From Candidatus Aenigmatarchaeota archaeon (GTDB lineage: Archaea > Aenigmatarchaeota > Aenigmatarchaeia > CG10238-14 > SpSt-28), in the NCBI GenBank assembly GCA_038997165.1, contig JAWBAK010000001.1, positions 96,001 through 160,000 on the forward strand: DNA of 64,000 bases. Reading direction: 5' to 3'. Each line of letters opens with the position of its first letter. The first letter of the stretch is position 1. A model generated the notes under the pieces. The model was not told the origin of the DNA. It did not search any database and was given only the letters and a program-made list of their open reading frames with translations. Positions 27,648 to 37,620 of this stretch are shown here, piece after piece. The position numbers were made by a program, and so were the translations under genes.

Positions 27648-30534
27648 TATTTTCAAGAAAATTTTTTAAATCATTTTTAACTTTATATAATTTTTCTTTA
27701 AGTTTTTCACAATTTCCTTCAAAGAATTCATAATAATTTCCATCTTTTATTTTTATCTCTAAATATCCATAAGGTGTTTTCAATTTTTCTATTTCTTCTG
27801 AAAAACTATTTATTTTTTGATATTCAAAATCTATCCCTCTAAAATAAATATTTGAATTTTCAATTTTTAATTCAAATATTGGTGTTTCTAAGGAATAAAT
27901 TTTAATAGAAGAATTTATAAATTCTTTTTCTTTTTTGAAATAATTTTCAAATATTTTTAAAATAAAGTTTGAAGAAGAAATTATTCTTTGAATAATAGGA
28001 ATTTCAAAAATAAATTTTGGTTTAGTAATATTTATTTCTTTTTCATATTCAATTTCAAAATATTTAATTTTAACTAAATAATTACCTTCTTCTAATTTAT
28101 AAGAAATTCTTGAAAAACCAAAAACCTCTTTTACATCTTTTAATACAGTAAAATTATTTTTTAAGATTTCTATAGAAACATTTCTTGGAAAATCCGAAAA
28201 AATTTCTATGTATAAATTAGTATTTTGAGAATATAAATTTCTTATTTCAAAAGAATTGTCATATTTAATTTCAATTTCAAAATCCTTTAGTAAAATTGTT
28301 TTATTATTAATAAATCTTGCCGGATATAAGTTTATATAAATATCTTGAATATCATTAGAATTATTAACTAAAACAATATCATAAAATTTGGAAATGTTTG
28401 TTAAAGGAAAATATTCATTAATTTCTATAATTGAATAATTTATAGAATAATTTTTTAAAGATTTGAATTGAGGTAAGTTAATTTTTTCTTGTAATATATA
28501 AAGTAAAGAAATATTATTGTACATATTTAAAGTATAAACATCTGTATAGTTACAAACAAAAGTTGTATAATTTGTATTATTAATTTTTAAATTTACTATT
28601 GAACATATATCTTTGAAAACTAATTTAATTTTTGGATTTGAATGAATTAAGTAATTATAATATTCTTTCTTTGACTTATTAATTATTTGAAATGTTTCTC
28701 CAATAAAAATTATTGAATTTAACCAGTCTTCACTATATTTTTTATACTCTTCAGAAAAAATATAAATTAAATGTGCTGGAGTTATTCCAAAAAATTCCGA
28801 AATTTTTGAATTCCTTGCTTCTTTTAGAGATTTTGAAAGAGTAAAATTATAATCTAAAATTTTAGAAAAAATATCTAATGCGTGAGCTGAAGAAATTAAA
28901 TTTGTATGATTTTTATATCCTAATTTAGTAAAAGCTTTTAAATATGGTAAAGAGTTTTCAAAATTGTTTAGACTTGCATCAAAAACTATTTCTATAAATT
29001 GCAAGTTTGAAATATTAACCTCTTCTCTATAAGTTTTATTAGTAGGTAATATGTATTTTTCTTTTTCTGTTAAAGTAATAATAAAAAGAATAGAAGTATT
29101 ATCTAAATATTTTAAAAAATTTGATAAATTTAATATTTCTAATACTCTTATTGGATTTGTCTCTATTTCAAAAAGAAGTCTTGATATTAAATTTGAAAAT
29201 TGAAATAAATTTTTTAAAAATTTTATAGCTTCAGAAAAACTTATTTCTTCGTTGGTAGAAATAATTTCCTTAAATATTTCTATTAATTCTTGAATATTTT
29301 CATTAGTAAGTCTTTTTTCAGTTAGTCTTTCTACATTGTATTTATTATACTTTAATTTATCTCTTATTTCTGCTATAAATGGCATAAAGCCTCCCTTAAA
29401 GAAAAATTCCTTTATATCACTTTCGTTTATTATATCTAAATATGTTTGAACAATTAATGCGTTTTTTGTCAAGTTAGCAAGTTTTTTTGCTTCTATTTGT
29501 AAACTTATTTCTTCTAATGAGCAGCAAAGTCTTCTTATAGGAAGATCTTGAAATTTATCATCGTTTAAATCTGCATAAGGATAATCGCTATAAATAATAA
29601 GATCTTCTGTAATTTTTATTGGATAAGAAGGAACTTTAGAAAAATCTCCAACAATTACAATTTCCGGTTCTAATGTTGATAAAAGATTGAGAGATCTTAA
29701 TTTATCATAAGTTTGTTTAATAATTGTTTTAATTTCAAATGGGTTCGATGTATTAAGAAATATTGGAAAACAATTATATCTAGAAGAATATGTAATTATC
29801 TTTTTCTCTATGTTTGTTTTATCATTAAAATTCTTTTCTGATATCAACATACAATCATAGAAATTACGAACATTTGTCTTTACAGTTGTATTTAATATTA
29901 CTAGATTTCCACCTCTTCCGACATATTCTCCAGCAATATATGCAAGTTTTATTTCCTTATTTTCTAGATTTAACTTTTCTGATGCTTCCCAAATTTTTTC
30001 TGAAATATTATAAATTTCAACGAAAAAAAATGTTGAATTGATAAAAATTCTTATCGTATATATACAACTATAACATAATAAGACATCTGTAGTTGTTTTC
30101 CAAAAAATCCAAAGTTCATTTTTTCCTAGAGGTTTTTCACTTGTCGCTTCAAAAAAACCAAAATCAAAAGGCAATATGCTACTGAATGTTTTACTATCTA
30201 TTATTAATATTCTTTGCCTTGTTTCGGCCATACCATATGTCATATTTCCAGAAGGATCTACAACATCAATTATAGTAAATGTTGTTGTCCACTCTAATTT
30301 ACTGTCTTTTTTTATTTTAAACGTCTCAACACTTACCAACATAACATCTCCAACAAATCCTCTTAAATGAGTTAAATTATAAGAATAGTCTGAAATTTTC
30401 TTAATCTCACCACCACTATCTATTATTTCCCAATTTATATTTATTATATCAAATGTCTCAGATTTTGTATAAAATAGAAAAATAGATATAATAGTTATTA
30501 TAAAAATTAGTGAAGTTGTACTAATAAATCTCAT
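27631..30534 (-). CDS. Large secreted protein with a peptidase C25 (gingipain)-like region, probably degenerate
   Basis: Signal peptide; IVIVGDFSKVP...SDYPYADLNDD...DLPIRRL resembles the C25 N-terminal subdomain; no clear His-Gly/Cys dyad. Confidence 0.6.
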   Translation of the reverse strand: MRFISTTSLIFIITIISIFLFYTKSETFDIININWEIIDSGGEIKKISDYSYNLTHLRGFVGDVMLVSVETFKIKKDSKLEWTTTFTIIDVVDPSGNMTYGMAETRQRILIIDSKTFSSILPFDFGFFEATSEKPLGKNELWIFWKTTTDVLLCYSCIYTIRIFINSTFFFVEIYNISEKIWEASEKLNLENKEIKLAYIAGEYVGRGGNLVILNTTVKTNVRNFYDCMLISEKNFNDKTNIEKKIITYSSRYNCFPIFLNTSNPFEIKTIIKQTYDKLRSLNLLSTLEPEIVIVGDFSKVPSYPIKITEDLIIYSDYPYADLNDDKFQDLPIRRLCCSLEEISLQIEAKKLANLTKNALIVQTYLDIINESDIKEFFFKGGFMPFIAEIRDKLKYNKYNVERLTEKRLTNENIQELIEIFKEIISTNEEISFSEAIKFLKNLFQFSNLISRLLFEIETNPIRVLEILNLSNFLKYLDNTSILFIITLTEKEKYILPTNKTYREEVNISNLQFIEIVFDASLNNFENSLPYLKAFTKLGYKNHTNLISSAHALDIFSKILDYNFTLSKSLKEARNSKISEFFGITPAHLIYIFSEEYKKYSEDWLNSIIFIGETFQIINKSKKEYYNYLIHSNPKIKLVFKDICSIVNLKINNTNYTTFVCNYTDVYTLNMYNNISLLYILQEKINLPQFKSLKNYSINYSIIEINEYFPLTNISKFYDIVLVNNSNDIQDIYINLYPARFINNKTILLKDFEIEIKYDNSFEIRNLYSQNTNLYIEIFSDFPRNVSIEILKNNFTVLKDVKEVFGFSRISYKLEEGNYLVKIKYFEIEYEKEINITKPKFIFEIPIIQRIISSSNFILKIFENYFKKEKEFINSSIKIYSLETPIFELKIENSNIYFRGIDFEYQKINSFSEEIEKLKTPYGYLEIKIKDGNYYEFFEGNCEKLKEKLYKVKNDLKNFLENIKNNS

Positions 30535-30584
30535 AAATTATAAAATACTCGTAGTATTAAATCCATTTATATGGAAAATAATTT

Positions 30585-31529
30585 ATGAGTACATATTTCT
30601 TATACGTAAATAGCCCATTAAGTCCTCATTTCGTTCATTTAACCTGGGCAAAAAGTGTAAAAGCAATACCAATAAAAATACCAATTAATCCCGTCTCTCA
30701 ATATTTTACTCTAGTGAAAAGAGATGAAAAAATAATAAAATCAGATGATACTATTATTGTAGAAAGTCTTTATGCACTACCTTATTTATATCTATTAAAA
30801 AATAAAGTAAAAGTAAAAGTAATTTCAATAATAGCAGATTCTACTTTTTATCCGTCAAAATTACCTCTTAGAAAATATTTTTATAACATATTTAAATTAA
30901 ATAAAGTGGTTGATTATTTTTTTACAGTATCGAAAGAAATAAAAGAATGGATAATTAATTATGGAATAGACGAAACAAAAATATATGTAGTCAGACCGTT
31001 TTCTATACTTGATGTAAAAAAGAGACTTATAAAGAGAAAAGTCAAAGATAAAAAAATAACATTTATAGGTAATTATACTAAAATTTTTGCAGCAAAGCTA
31101 ATTATATCTGTTGCGGAGTATTTAAAAGATTTTAAATTTTATCTAATTGGAACTGTATCTAAAAAAATAAAAAATCCACCAAAAAATGTTAAATGCTATA
31201 TGAACATAAGTTGGGAAGAACTTAAAAAAATTCTTCTGTCTTCTTCAATTTATTTACATCCTATGTTTTTTGATCCATTTCCAGTTAGTGTATTAGATGC
31301 TATGAGATGTGGAAACTTTCCATTAGTTTATAGATTAGTTGGCTCTTCAGAGATATTAAGCAAAGAAAATATTTTTTATTCTCTAAACCCGAGAGAAATT
31401 ATAAGTAAAATTATAAAAGTTTATAAAAATTTGTCAACAAAAGATTTTCTAAAATATTATAAAATCTCAAAAAAATATACGAAAAACAAAAGTATAAAAA
31501 CATTTAGAAAAATTTTCAACAAACTTTAA
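30585..31529 (+). CDS. GT4-like (GT-B fold) glycosyltransferase, canonical domain order
   Basis: FTVSKEIK, ITFIGN, YLHPMFFDPFPVSVLDAMRCG. Confidence 0.85.
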   Translation: MSTYFLYVNSPLSPHFVHLTWAKSVKAIPIKIPINPVSQYFTLVKRDEKIIKSDDTIIVESLYALPYLYLLKNKVKVKVISIIADSTFYPSKLPLRKYFYNIFKLNKVVDYFFTVSKEIKEWIINYGIDETKIYVVRPFSILDVKKRLIKRKVKDKKITFIGNYTKIFAAKLIISVAEYLKDFKFYLIGTVSKKIKNPPKNVKCYMNISWEELKKILLSSSIYLHPMFFDPFPVSVLDAMRCGNFPLVYRLVGSSEILSKENIFYSLNPREIISKIIKVYKNLSTKDFLKYYKISKKYTKNKSIKTFRKIFNKL

Positions 31530-31586
31530 AATAAAAGATAATAATAGAATTTAAAAAATTAATTATAGTTTCACTTTACATATCTC

Positions 31587-31659
31587 AGCCCCGTCGTCTA
31601 GTGGCCAAGGATGCCGGGCTCTGGACCCGGAGACCCCGGTTCGAATCCGGGCGGGGCTA
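31587..31659 (+). tRNA. tRNA-Gln (CTG), no intron, CCA not encoded
   Basis: Acceptor AGCCCCG/CGGGGCT; anticodon arm CCGGG-CT-CTG-GA-CCCGG; GGTTCGAATCC T-arm. Confidence 0.97.
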
Positions 31660-32397
31660 TTTCTTAATTTTTCTTTTTAAAAACTTTAAATAAGAATATG
31701 AAAAAGAAAAATAGACATAAATCGAATAAAGAGATGAAATTATTATAAACAAAATAGAATTAAAAAGCGGGTTTTTAAAAATAACTGTAAAAAGACCAAT
31801 TAATATAAACCCTAAAACAAAAATTAATATATTTCCAATTATATAAATTAAAAACAGTCTAAGAACATTTCCTTTACTAATCTTCCAAGAAAAACTAAAG
31901 CTTTCTCTTACTTTCTTTTTATCTAATATTATTGCAAAGGGGGCTAAAAATATTCTAAAAAATATATATATACCAAAAATTGAATTAATTATAAAAGCTA
32001 TAATCCAAAGACGAAATAATTCTATTGAAAAAAATAAAGATAATAAAATAGATGGTAAAAAGATTAAAAATATAATCGCATATAGAATCAAATGTACTAA
32101 AAATACTTTAAAATAATAGTTCTTTAAACCATCTCTTATAATTTTTTTATATTCGATTTTCTTTCTTTTTATTTTTAGATGACTAGCTAAAACTAAAGAA
32201 GTAAAAATTATAGGAGTGTAAAGAAATAAAAAGATTACATAAAAAAGAGAGATAAAGCTAGAAAAATATTCTAAATAAATTGCAAGATTAAAAATTATTA
32301 GGAAAAAAAGAAATGGTAAATGTAATAACAATGAAAATAAGAATATTTCTTTATTAAATATGCTATCGATTCCATACCTTACACTCTCTGAAATCAT
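31657..32397 (-). CDS. Multi-pass membrane protein (GPDPase membrane-domain/YciC-like)
   Basis: About six TM segments; [27 protein letters not shown] motif. Confidence 0.7.
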   Translation of the reverse strand: MISESVRYGIDSIFNKEIFLFSLLLHLPFLFFLIIFNLAIYLEYFSSFISLFYVIFLFLYTPIIFTSLVLASHLKIKRKKIEYKKIIRDGLKNYYFKVFLVHLILYAIIFLIFLPSILLSLFFSIELFRLWIIAFIINSIFGIYIFFRIFLAPFAIILDKKKVRESFSFSWKISKGNVLRLFLIYIIGNILIFVLGFILIGLFTVIFKNPLFNSILFIIISSLYSIYVYFSFSYSYLKFLKRKIKK

Positions 32398-32915
32398 ATT
32401 TTACTCACTTTTTTTAAATATTCTAAAGTGAAATTTAAATCTTTCCATTCTTTTACTTTTACCCATTTTCCTGGTTCCAATTCTTTGTAATGTTCAAAAA
32501 AATGCTTTATTTCATTTTTTAGTGCTTCAGGAATATCTTTCAAATCTTTTATAAAGCTAAATGTTGGATCTATTTTTTCACTTAATACAGCAATTAATTT
32601 TTCATCTTTTCCTTTTTCGTCTTCCATTTCCAATAATGAAACAGGTCTAGCTTTTACTATTGTACCAACTTGTAAAGGTAAAGAAGAAATAACTAAACAA
32701 TCTAAAGGATCTCCATCTTCGCATAATGTAGAAGGTATAAATCCATAATCTAATGGATAATGCATACTAGTATACAAAATTCTATCTAGCACAAATGCTT
32801 CTAATTCTTCATCATACTCATATTTCAATTTACTTCCTCTAGAAATTTCAATCACTACATATATTTCGTTTGGAAATTTATCTTTTGGGCCTGGAGGCAA
32901 TTTTTTTAGATTCAT
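32394..32915 (-). CDS. ppa: Family I inorganic pyrophosphatase
   Basis: [35 protein letters not shown]. Confidence 0.97.
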   Translation of the reverse strand: MNLKKLPPGPKDKFPNEIYVVIEISRGSKLKYEYDEELEAFVLDRILYTSMHYPLDYGFIPSTLCEDGDPLDCLVISSLPLQVGTIVKARPVSLLEMEDEKGKDEKLIAVLSEKIDPTFSFIKDLKDIPEALKNEIKHFFEHYKELEPGKWVKVKEWKDLNFTLEYLKKVSKI

Positions 32916-32948
32916 AAATACAATATATTTAAAGAAATAAATAAATTT

Positions 32949-33359
32949 ATGGAAGTTGAAGAAAAAATAAAAAAAGTTCCTGTTTTTATAAAAATTGAAA
33001 GATACAAAGATTTGATAGACATTTTAAACTCATTACAATTAGAAAGTTTAAAACTTAAAAATTATTTAGAAATATCGGCAAAAATAAAAGAATTAGAAAA
33101 AAATATAGTTTTAAAAGAAAAGGAAAGTGTTGAAAAAATAATAGAAAATTTGAAAAAAATTTTTGAAATGTTATTAGGAAAAAGAGAGGAATCGAAAGAA
33201 ATTAACGAATTAAAAGAAAGATTGGAAGAAGTTAAAACATCTTTAGAGGAAATATCAAAAAAAGTTGAAGAAAAAGAAAAAAAGGTTGAGGAAATTGAAA
33301 TAAAAAGTAGTGATTTAAAAGAAGAAATCGATGTAATAAGAGAATACAAGCCCAAATAA
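32949..33359 (+). CDS. Hypothetical coiled-coil protein
   Basis: [11 protein letters not shown]-terminus followed by a charged coiled coil. Confidence 0.7.
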   Translation: MEVEEKIKKVPVFIKIERYKDLIDILNSLQLESLKLKNYLEISAKIKELEKNIVLKEKESVEKIIENLKKIFEMLLGKREESKEINELKERLEEVKTSLEEISKKVEEKEKKVEEIEIKSSDLKEEIDVIREYKPK

Positions 33360-33384
33360 ATTTTAAAAATAAGAAATTTTTCTT

Positions 33385-33624
33385 ATGAATGATTTGATTT
33401 TTATTATTGGCTTAGGTTTAATTTTTATTGGAATATTCCTTATAATTTTATCAGTATTTTTGAATAGTAAAAAAGAGGCAAAAAGTGAAAGTGGATTTGT
33501 AATAGTTGTTTGGCCTTTTTTTGTTGCTGGTGGAAATGAAAAAATCGTACCAATTTTATTGATCTTAGCTATAATTTTATCGATTATTTTGTTTGTTCTT
33601 TTTATTCTTAAAGTTTTTCATTAA
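33385..33624 (+). CDS. Small membrane protein, DUF131/TIGR00304-like (copy 1)
   Basis: IGLGLIFIGIFL...KSESGFVIVVWPFFVAGG...TM. Confidence 0.7.
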   Translation: MNDLIFIIGLGLIFIGIFLIILSVFLNSKKEAKSESGFVIVVWPFFVAGGNEKIVPILLILAIILSIILFVLFILKVFH

Positions 33625-34593
33625 TTTTTCAGAGATGTATATTTCTTTAAATTTATAATCTAAAAGTTTTTCAAAATTTTTAATTCCGCTATCTCCAAAA
33701 TTTAATTTTTTAGCAATTTTTAATATTTTTTCTTTACTATCTAATTCAAATAATTCATAAAATCCCTCTTCATAGATTCTTCTAGCAATATATAAATTTT
33801 TAAATGGGTGTTGAATAAAGACTAAAAAAATATAAAATGGATATCTCATCCAAATGTTTTTGGGTTTGTTAAAAAGAGTAGTGTATATTTCTAGCATAGT
33901 TAAATAAATTAAAAAAGATAAAAAGAAAAATAGATAACTATATCTAGAAAATTTTGAAAATAGCTTATAATACTTAAATTTTTCAGATACAGAAGTTTCA
34001 ATTCCTTCAGAAGATAAAACTGATGCATAAAGTAATTTAGCTGGAGATTGAAATGATTCGATTTTAGTATATTTTATGAGATATCTTGTATAGATATCCT
34101 TAAAAGCTTCTTCTTTTCCAGTGCTTATAAAGTATTCTTTATAATCTAATTTTTTATAATTCTTAGTTTTGACACTCATAACCCAGTGAATCATTCCTAA
34201 TGGATATGCAACGTTTTTCTTAAATAATCTAAATAAATGAACATCTCTAAAAATTTTATACGCATCGTATTTATCATTAATTAATTTTCTTAAATCTTTT
34301 AGTAATTTCTTATTTGGGAAATCATCTGCATCTAATTGAAGAATCCAATCATATTTACATTCATTAATTCCAATTTTATAATAAAAATCAGCTATTCCAA
34401 TAGGAGGTAGCCAAACTACTTTAACTTTCTTATATTTTTTTGATAAATTTTTCATTAACTTTTTTTGATTTTTATCGGTAGAACTATCTATAATTACTAT
34501 TTCATCGACATATGGATAAAGAAGTTCTACCTTAGGTTTTATTAATTCATATTCATTTATTGAAAAAATTAATGCTGAAATTTTACTTTTCAC
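33577..34593 (-). CDS. GT2-family (GT-A) glycosyltransferase (copy 1, intact)
   Basis: KISALI, DEIVIIDSSTD, CKYDWILQLDADD (DxD). Confidence 0.88.
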   Translation of the reverse strand: MKSKISALIFSINEYELIKPKVELLYPYVDEIVIIDSSTDKNQKKLMKNLSKKYKKVKVVWLPPIGIADFYYKIGINECKYDWILQLDADDFPNKKLLKDLRKLINDKYDAYKIFRDVHLFRLFKKNVAYPLGMIHWVMSVKTKNYKKLDYKEYFISTGKEEAFKDIYTRYLIKYTKIESFQSPAKLLYASVLSSEGIETSVSEKFKYYKLFSKFSRYSYLFFFLSFLIYLTMLEIYTTLFNKPKNIWMRYPFYIFLVFIQHPFKNLYIARRIYEEGFYELFELDSKEKILKIAKKLNFGDSGIKNFEKLLDYKFKEIYISEKLMKNFKNKKNKQNNR

Positions 34594-35252
34594 TTTCTAA
34601 CAACAATAATTGCATGATCCTTTTGATATGGATCTAACTCGACTCTTTCAATTATTTTTAGATTTCTTTCTTTCAAATAATTTTCAACTTCCCTATAAAC
34701 TTCTTTAGGTTTTTTAGTAACATCTATACTTCTAGATTTTATAGCTATCATTCCATAGCAATTCTCTTTTCCAAACTTTTCAATATTATCTACAAAAATT
34801 CTTGGCTCATCTTGCTGAGCAACATCGCAATAAACAAAATCTACTTTTTCTAAAATTAAAAAAGAATAAGTTTCTGGTTTTCTTGCATCTGCTAATATAG
34901 GAACTATGTTTTTTCTTTTTTCTGCTAATATCTTTAATTTTGCCAAAGGAATTTCACTAACTTCAATTCCATATATAATTCCGTTAATAGCTATATCGCT
35001 AAAATGAGAAGCAGTAGTTCCGCTAGCAATTCCTAAATATAAAATTTTGGAATTTTTAGTTATTGGAAAATTTTTTAATCCATTTTTTAGTGCAGCAGCT
35101 GGTTTAGACCTATAATGATCCCAAAATCTATATTCTTCGTTATTTATCTTTACTAATTTTTCCCCATATACACTTTCCCCTTTAACTAAATTTTTTGTAT
35201 AGTAATCATTATTTATCTTATATACACCTTCAAATATTTCTTTTATTTTCAT
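34590..35252 (-). CDS. flpA: Fibrillarin-like rRNA/tRNA 2'-O-methyltransferase
   Basis: GESVYGEK, RSKPAAA, LYLGIASGTTASH, PILADARKP, DVAQ, LDPYQKDH. Confidence 0.97.
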   Translation of the reverse strand: MKIKEIFEGVYKINNDYYTKNLVKGESVYGEKLVKINNEEYRFWDHYRSKPAAALKNGLKNFPITKNSKILYLGIASGTTASHFSDIAINGIIYGIEVSEIPLAKLKILAEKRKNIVPILADARKPETYSFLILEKVDFVYCDVAQQDEPRIFVDNIEKFGKENCYGMIAIKSRSIDVTKKPKEVYREVENYLKERNLKIIERVELDPYQKDHAIIVVRK

Positions 35253-36262
35253 TTTTCTGATAATATTTCTTTTATTCTTGCATCTAATTCTTCTTTTAAT
35301 TTTTCATTTTTTCTTTTACTAAAATAATCTAATTTAGCTGCTTTTGCTAAATAATTAGCTAAAACTCTTGAAACTTTTCCTCTTAATTTTTTTGGTGCTT
35401 GCTGAATATATGGATGAATAAATATGTATCCATGCTTAGGGCTTTTTCCTTTACCTCTTAAAAATCTAAACAATGCTTTTTCTGCTCCAACTAATTGAAT
35501 TCTTGTAGATGGACTTTTTGCAATTTTTTCTAAACTTCCAATTCCTTTTATTAGTTTTGCTGCCAATTTATAGCCAGCAAGCATAGTTAAATTTGGAGCA
35601 TATTCGCTAACAATTTTTTCTAATCTTTTTTCTAATTCATTATTAAATTCAATTAAATCTAAAATCTTTGAAGCAAAGGATTTTATAAATTCTAATAATT
35701 CGTCACTTATTTCACTTCCAACACTTTTTAAAGCTAATTCTTTATCTACACTTTCTCTTTTTGGATTTTTTGCCAGGTTTTTAACAAATTTTTCTAATGA
35801 AGTTTCTTTTTCGACATATTCTGGAAAATATATTTGATAAATTCTTCTTAATCTTTCTACCAATAAATTGATAATTTTTTCATTATCTTCTATCGCTTGA
35901 ATTAATTGAGAAATTATTCTATCTAATACTCTTTGCTCAGCCTCTAATTTTAATAATTTTTCACTAATTTTTTTACTTCTTTCAATAATTTCTTCTCTTG
36001 AAAATTTCAAATTATTTACTAGAAAATTTAAAATTGTTTCGCTAAAATCTTTTGGTTCATACTTATAACCAAATTTTGGGTATGTAAAAATAATTTCTTC
36101 GCCTAAATCTTTAATAAATTCTTTTTCAAAATCACTTAATTCTTCTTTTTTAATTTCTAAGATTAAATTTATTTGATTTTCATCAAAGAGTTTATACTTT
36201 ACTATTTCGTTTTTTTCATTAATTGCATAAATTCCTATTGCATTTATTGAAATGTATATCAT
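35249..36262 (-). CDS. nop5: C/D-box RNP protein Nop5 (Nop56/58)
   Basis: APNLT, IQLVGAEKALFR, SPKHGYIF, RGKVSR Nop domain; operonic with fibrillarin. Confidence 0.95.
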   Translation of the reverse strand: MIYISINAIGIYAINEKNEIVKYKLFDENQINLILEIKKEELSDFEKEFIKDLGEEIIFTYPKFGYKYEPKDFSETILNFLVNNLKFSREEIIERSKKISEKLLKLEAEQRVLDRIISQLIQAIEDNEKIINLLVERLRRIYQIYFPEYVEKETSLEKFVKNLAKNPKRESVDKELALKSVGSEISDELLEFIKSFASKILDLIEFNNELEKRLEKIVSEYAPNLTMLAGYKLAAKLIKGIGSLEKIAKSPSTRIQLVGAEKALFRFLRGKGKSPKHGYIFIHPYIQQAPKKLRGKVSRVLANYLAKAAKLDYFSKRKNEKLKEELDARIKEILSEK

Positions 36263-36290
36263 AAAAATATAACAGCATAAATTTAAAATT

Positions 36291-36518
36291 ATGGATACTT
36301 TGTTTTTAATAGGCTTAGGTTTAATTTTTATTGGAATATTCCTTATAATTTTATCAGTATTTTTGAATAGTAAAAAGGAAGCAAAAAGTGAAAGTGGGTT
36401 TGTAATAGTTGTTTGGCCTTTTTTTGTTGCTGGTGGAAATGAAAAAGTTGTACCAATTTTATTGATCTTAGCTATAATTCTATCGATTATTCTTTTTGCA
36501 TTTTTTCTCTTAAAATAG
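36291..36518 (+). CDS. Small membrane protein, DUF131/TIGR00304-like (copy 2)
   Basis: Near-identical to 33385..33624 (36312-36491 vs 33409-33588). Confidence 0.7.
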   Translation: MDTLFLIGLGLIFIGIFLIILSVFLNSKKEAKSESGFVIVVWPFFVAGGNEKVVPILLILAIILSIILFAFFLLK

Positions 36519-37494
36519 CTTCCTTTAATCCGTTATTTAATAGTTTTTTAAAATTTTCTAAACTATTGTTATCTAAATTTAATCTTTTTGATAATTTTAA
36601 TACTTCTTTTTTATTTTCTATTTTTAAGAATTTAAAAATTCCCATTTTGTATTGAAAATTATAAATTAAGTATTTATAATGAAAATTCTGAAAAATTTTA
36701 AAAAGAAATAGAGTCGAATATTTTATCCAATTTACATTAAATTTTTTCTCTCTTTTTATTAATAAAATAACATAAGAATAGTTTCATAGTATTATCAAAA
36801 TAGCAAAGCCAAATTTACCTAATTTGAATAAATAATTTACAAATTTTTTAATTGCATTAAAGTATTTTGGATATTCAAACCATAAATACGCATTTCTATT
36901 AAAGAAAAAAAGTATTTTTGTTCCAATCTGGTATAATTCTATAGTATTATATATAGTTACCTTTTCTATAAGATTTTCACGTCTTATGTTTCTGTACTTA
37001 TGTTCTATGAAGTATTTTCTAGGATTCAATTCTATATAATTTTTTGAAGAAGATGCCATTACCCAATGAATTAGTCCAGTTGGATATGCAACATCTTTCT
37101 TAATTAATCTAAATAGAAATTCTCTAGATTCTTTATCCCTATACTTTCTATAAATCTTATATGCATCATATTTATCATTAATTAATTTTCTTAAATCTTT
37201 TAGTAATTTCTTATTTGGGAAATCATCTGCATCTAATTGAAGAATCCAATCATATTTACATTCATTAATTCCAATTTTATAATAAAAATCAGCTATTCCA
37301 ATAGGAGGTAGCCAAACTACTTTAACTTTCTTGTATTTTTTTGATAAATTTTTCATTAACTTTTTTTGATTTTTATCGGTAGAGCTATCTATAATTACTA
37401 TTTCATCAACATATGGATAAAGAAGTTCTACTTTAGGTTTTACTAATTCATATTCGTTTATTGAAAAAATTAATGCTGAAATCTTTCTATGCAT
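36487..37494 (-). pseudogene. GT2 glycosyltransferase (copy 2) interrupted by an in-frame TGA at 36784-36786
   Basis: ATG 37494 (MHRKISALI). After the TGA the same frame continues 98 codons (...WIKY...KKEVLKLSKRLNLDNNSLENFKKLL...) matching the C-terminus of copy 1, ending at TAA 36487-36489. Confidence 0.85.
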
Positions 37495-37620
37495 GAATAA
37501 ATATAAAGAAATACAAATTTTAAAATTGCCCATAGGCTTTTGGGGCCGATCCATTTATCATTTGAAATTTAAAAAGAAAAAACTTAAAAATTTAAATATT
37601 AAAATTTGGCAAACTAATTT

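Noticed and set aside
36784..36786. Genome-wide TGA recoding
   Set aside because: TGA ends several conserved genes at their expected C-termini (rfcS, pth2, fibrillarin, ppa).
33385..37494. Composite transposon formed by the duplicated cassette
   Set aside because: No transposase, terminal inverted repeats or target-site duplication.
37495..37554. N-terminal extension MDRPQKPMG... of GT2 copy 2
   Set aside because: The paralog aligns from Met 37494, so the upstream part is probably intergenic.
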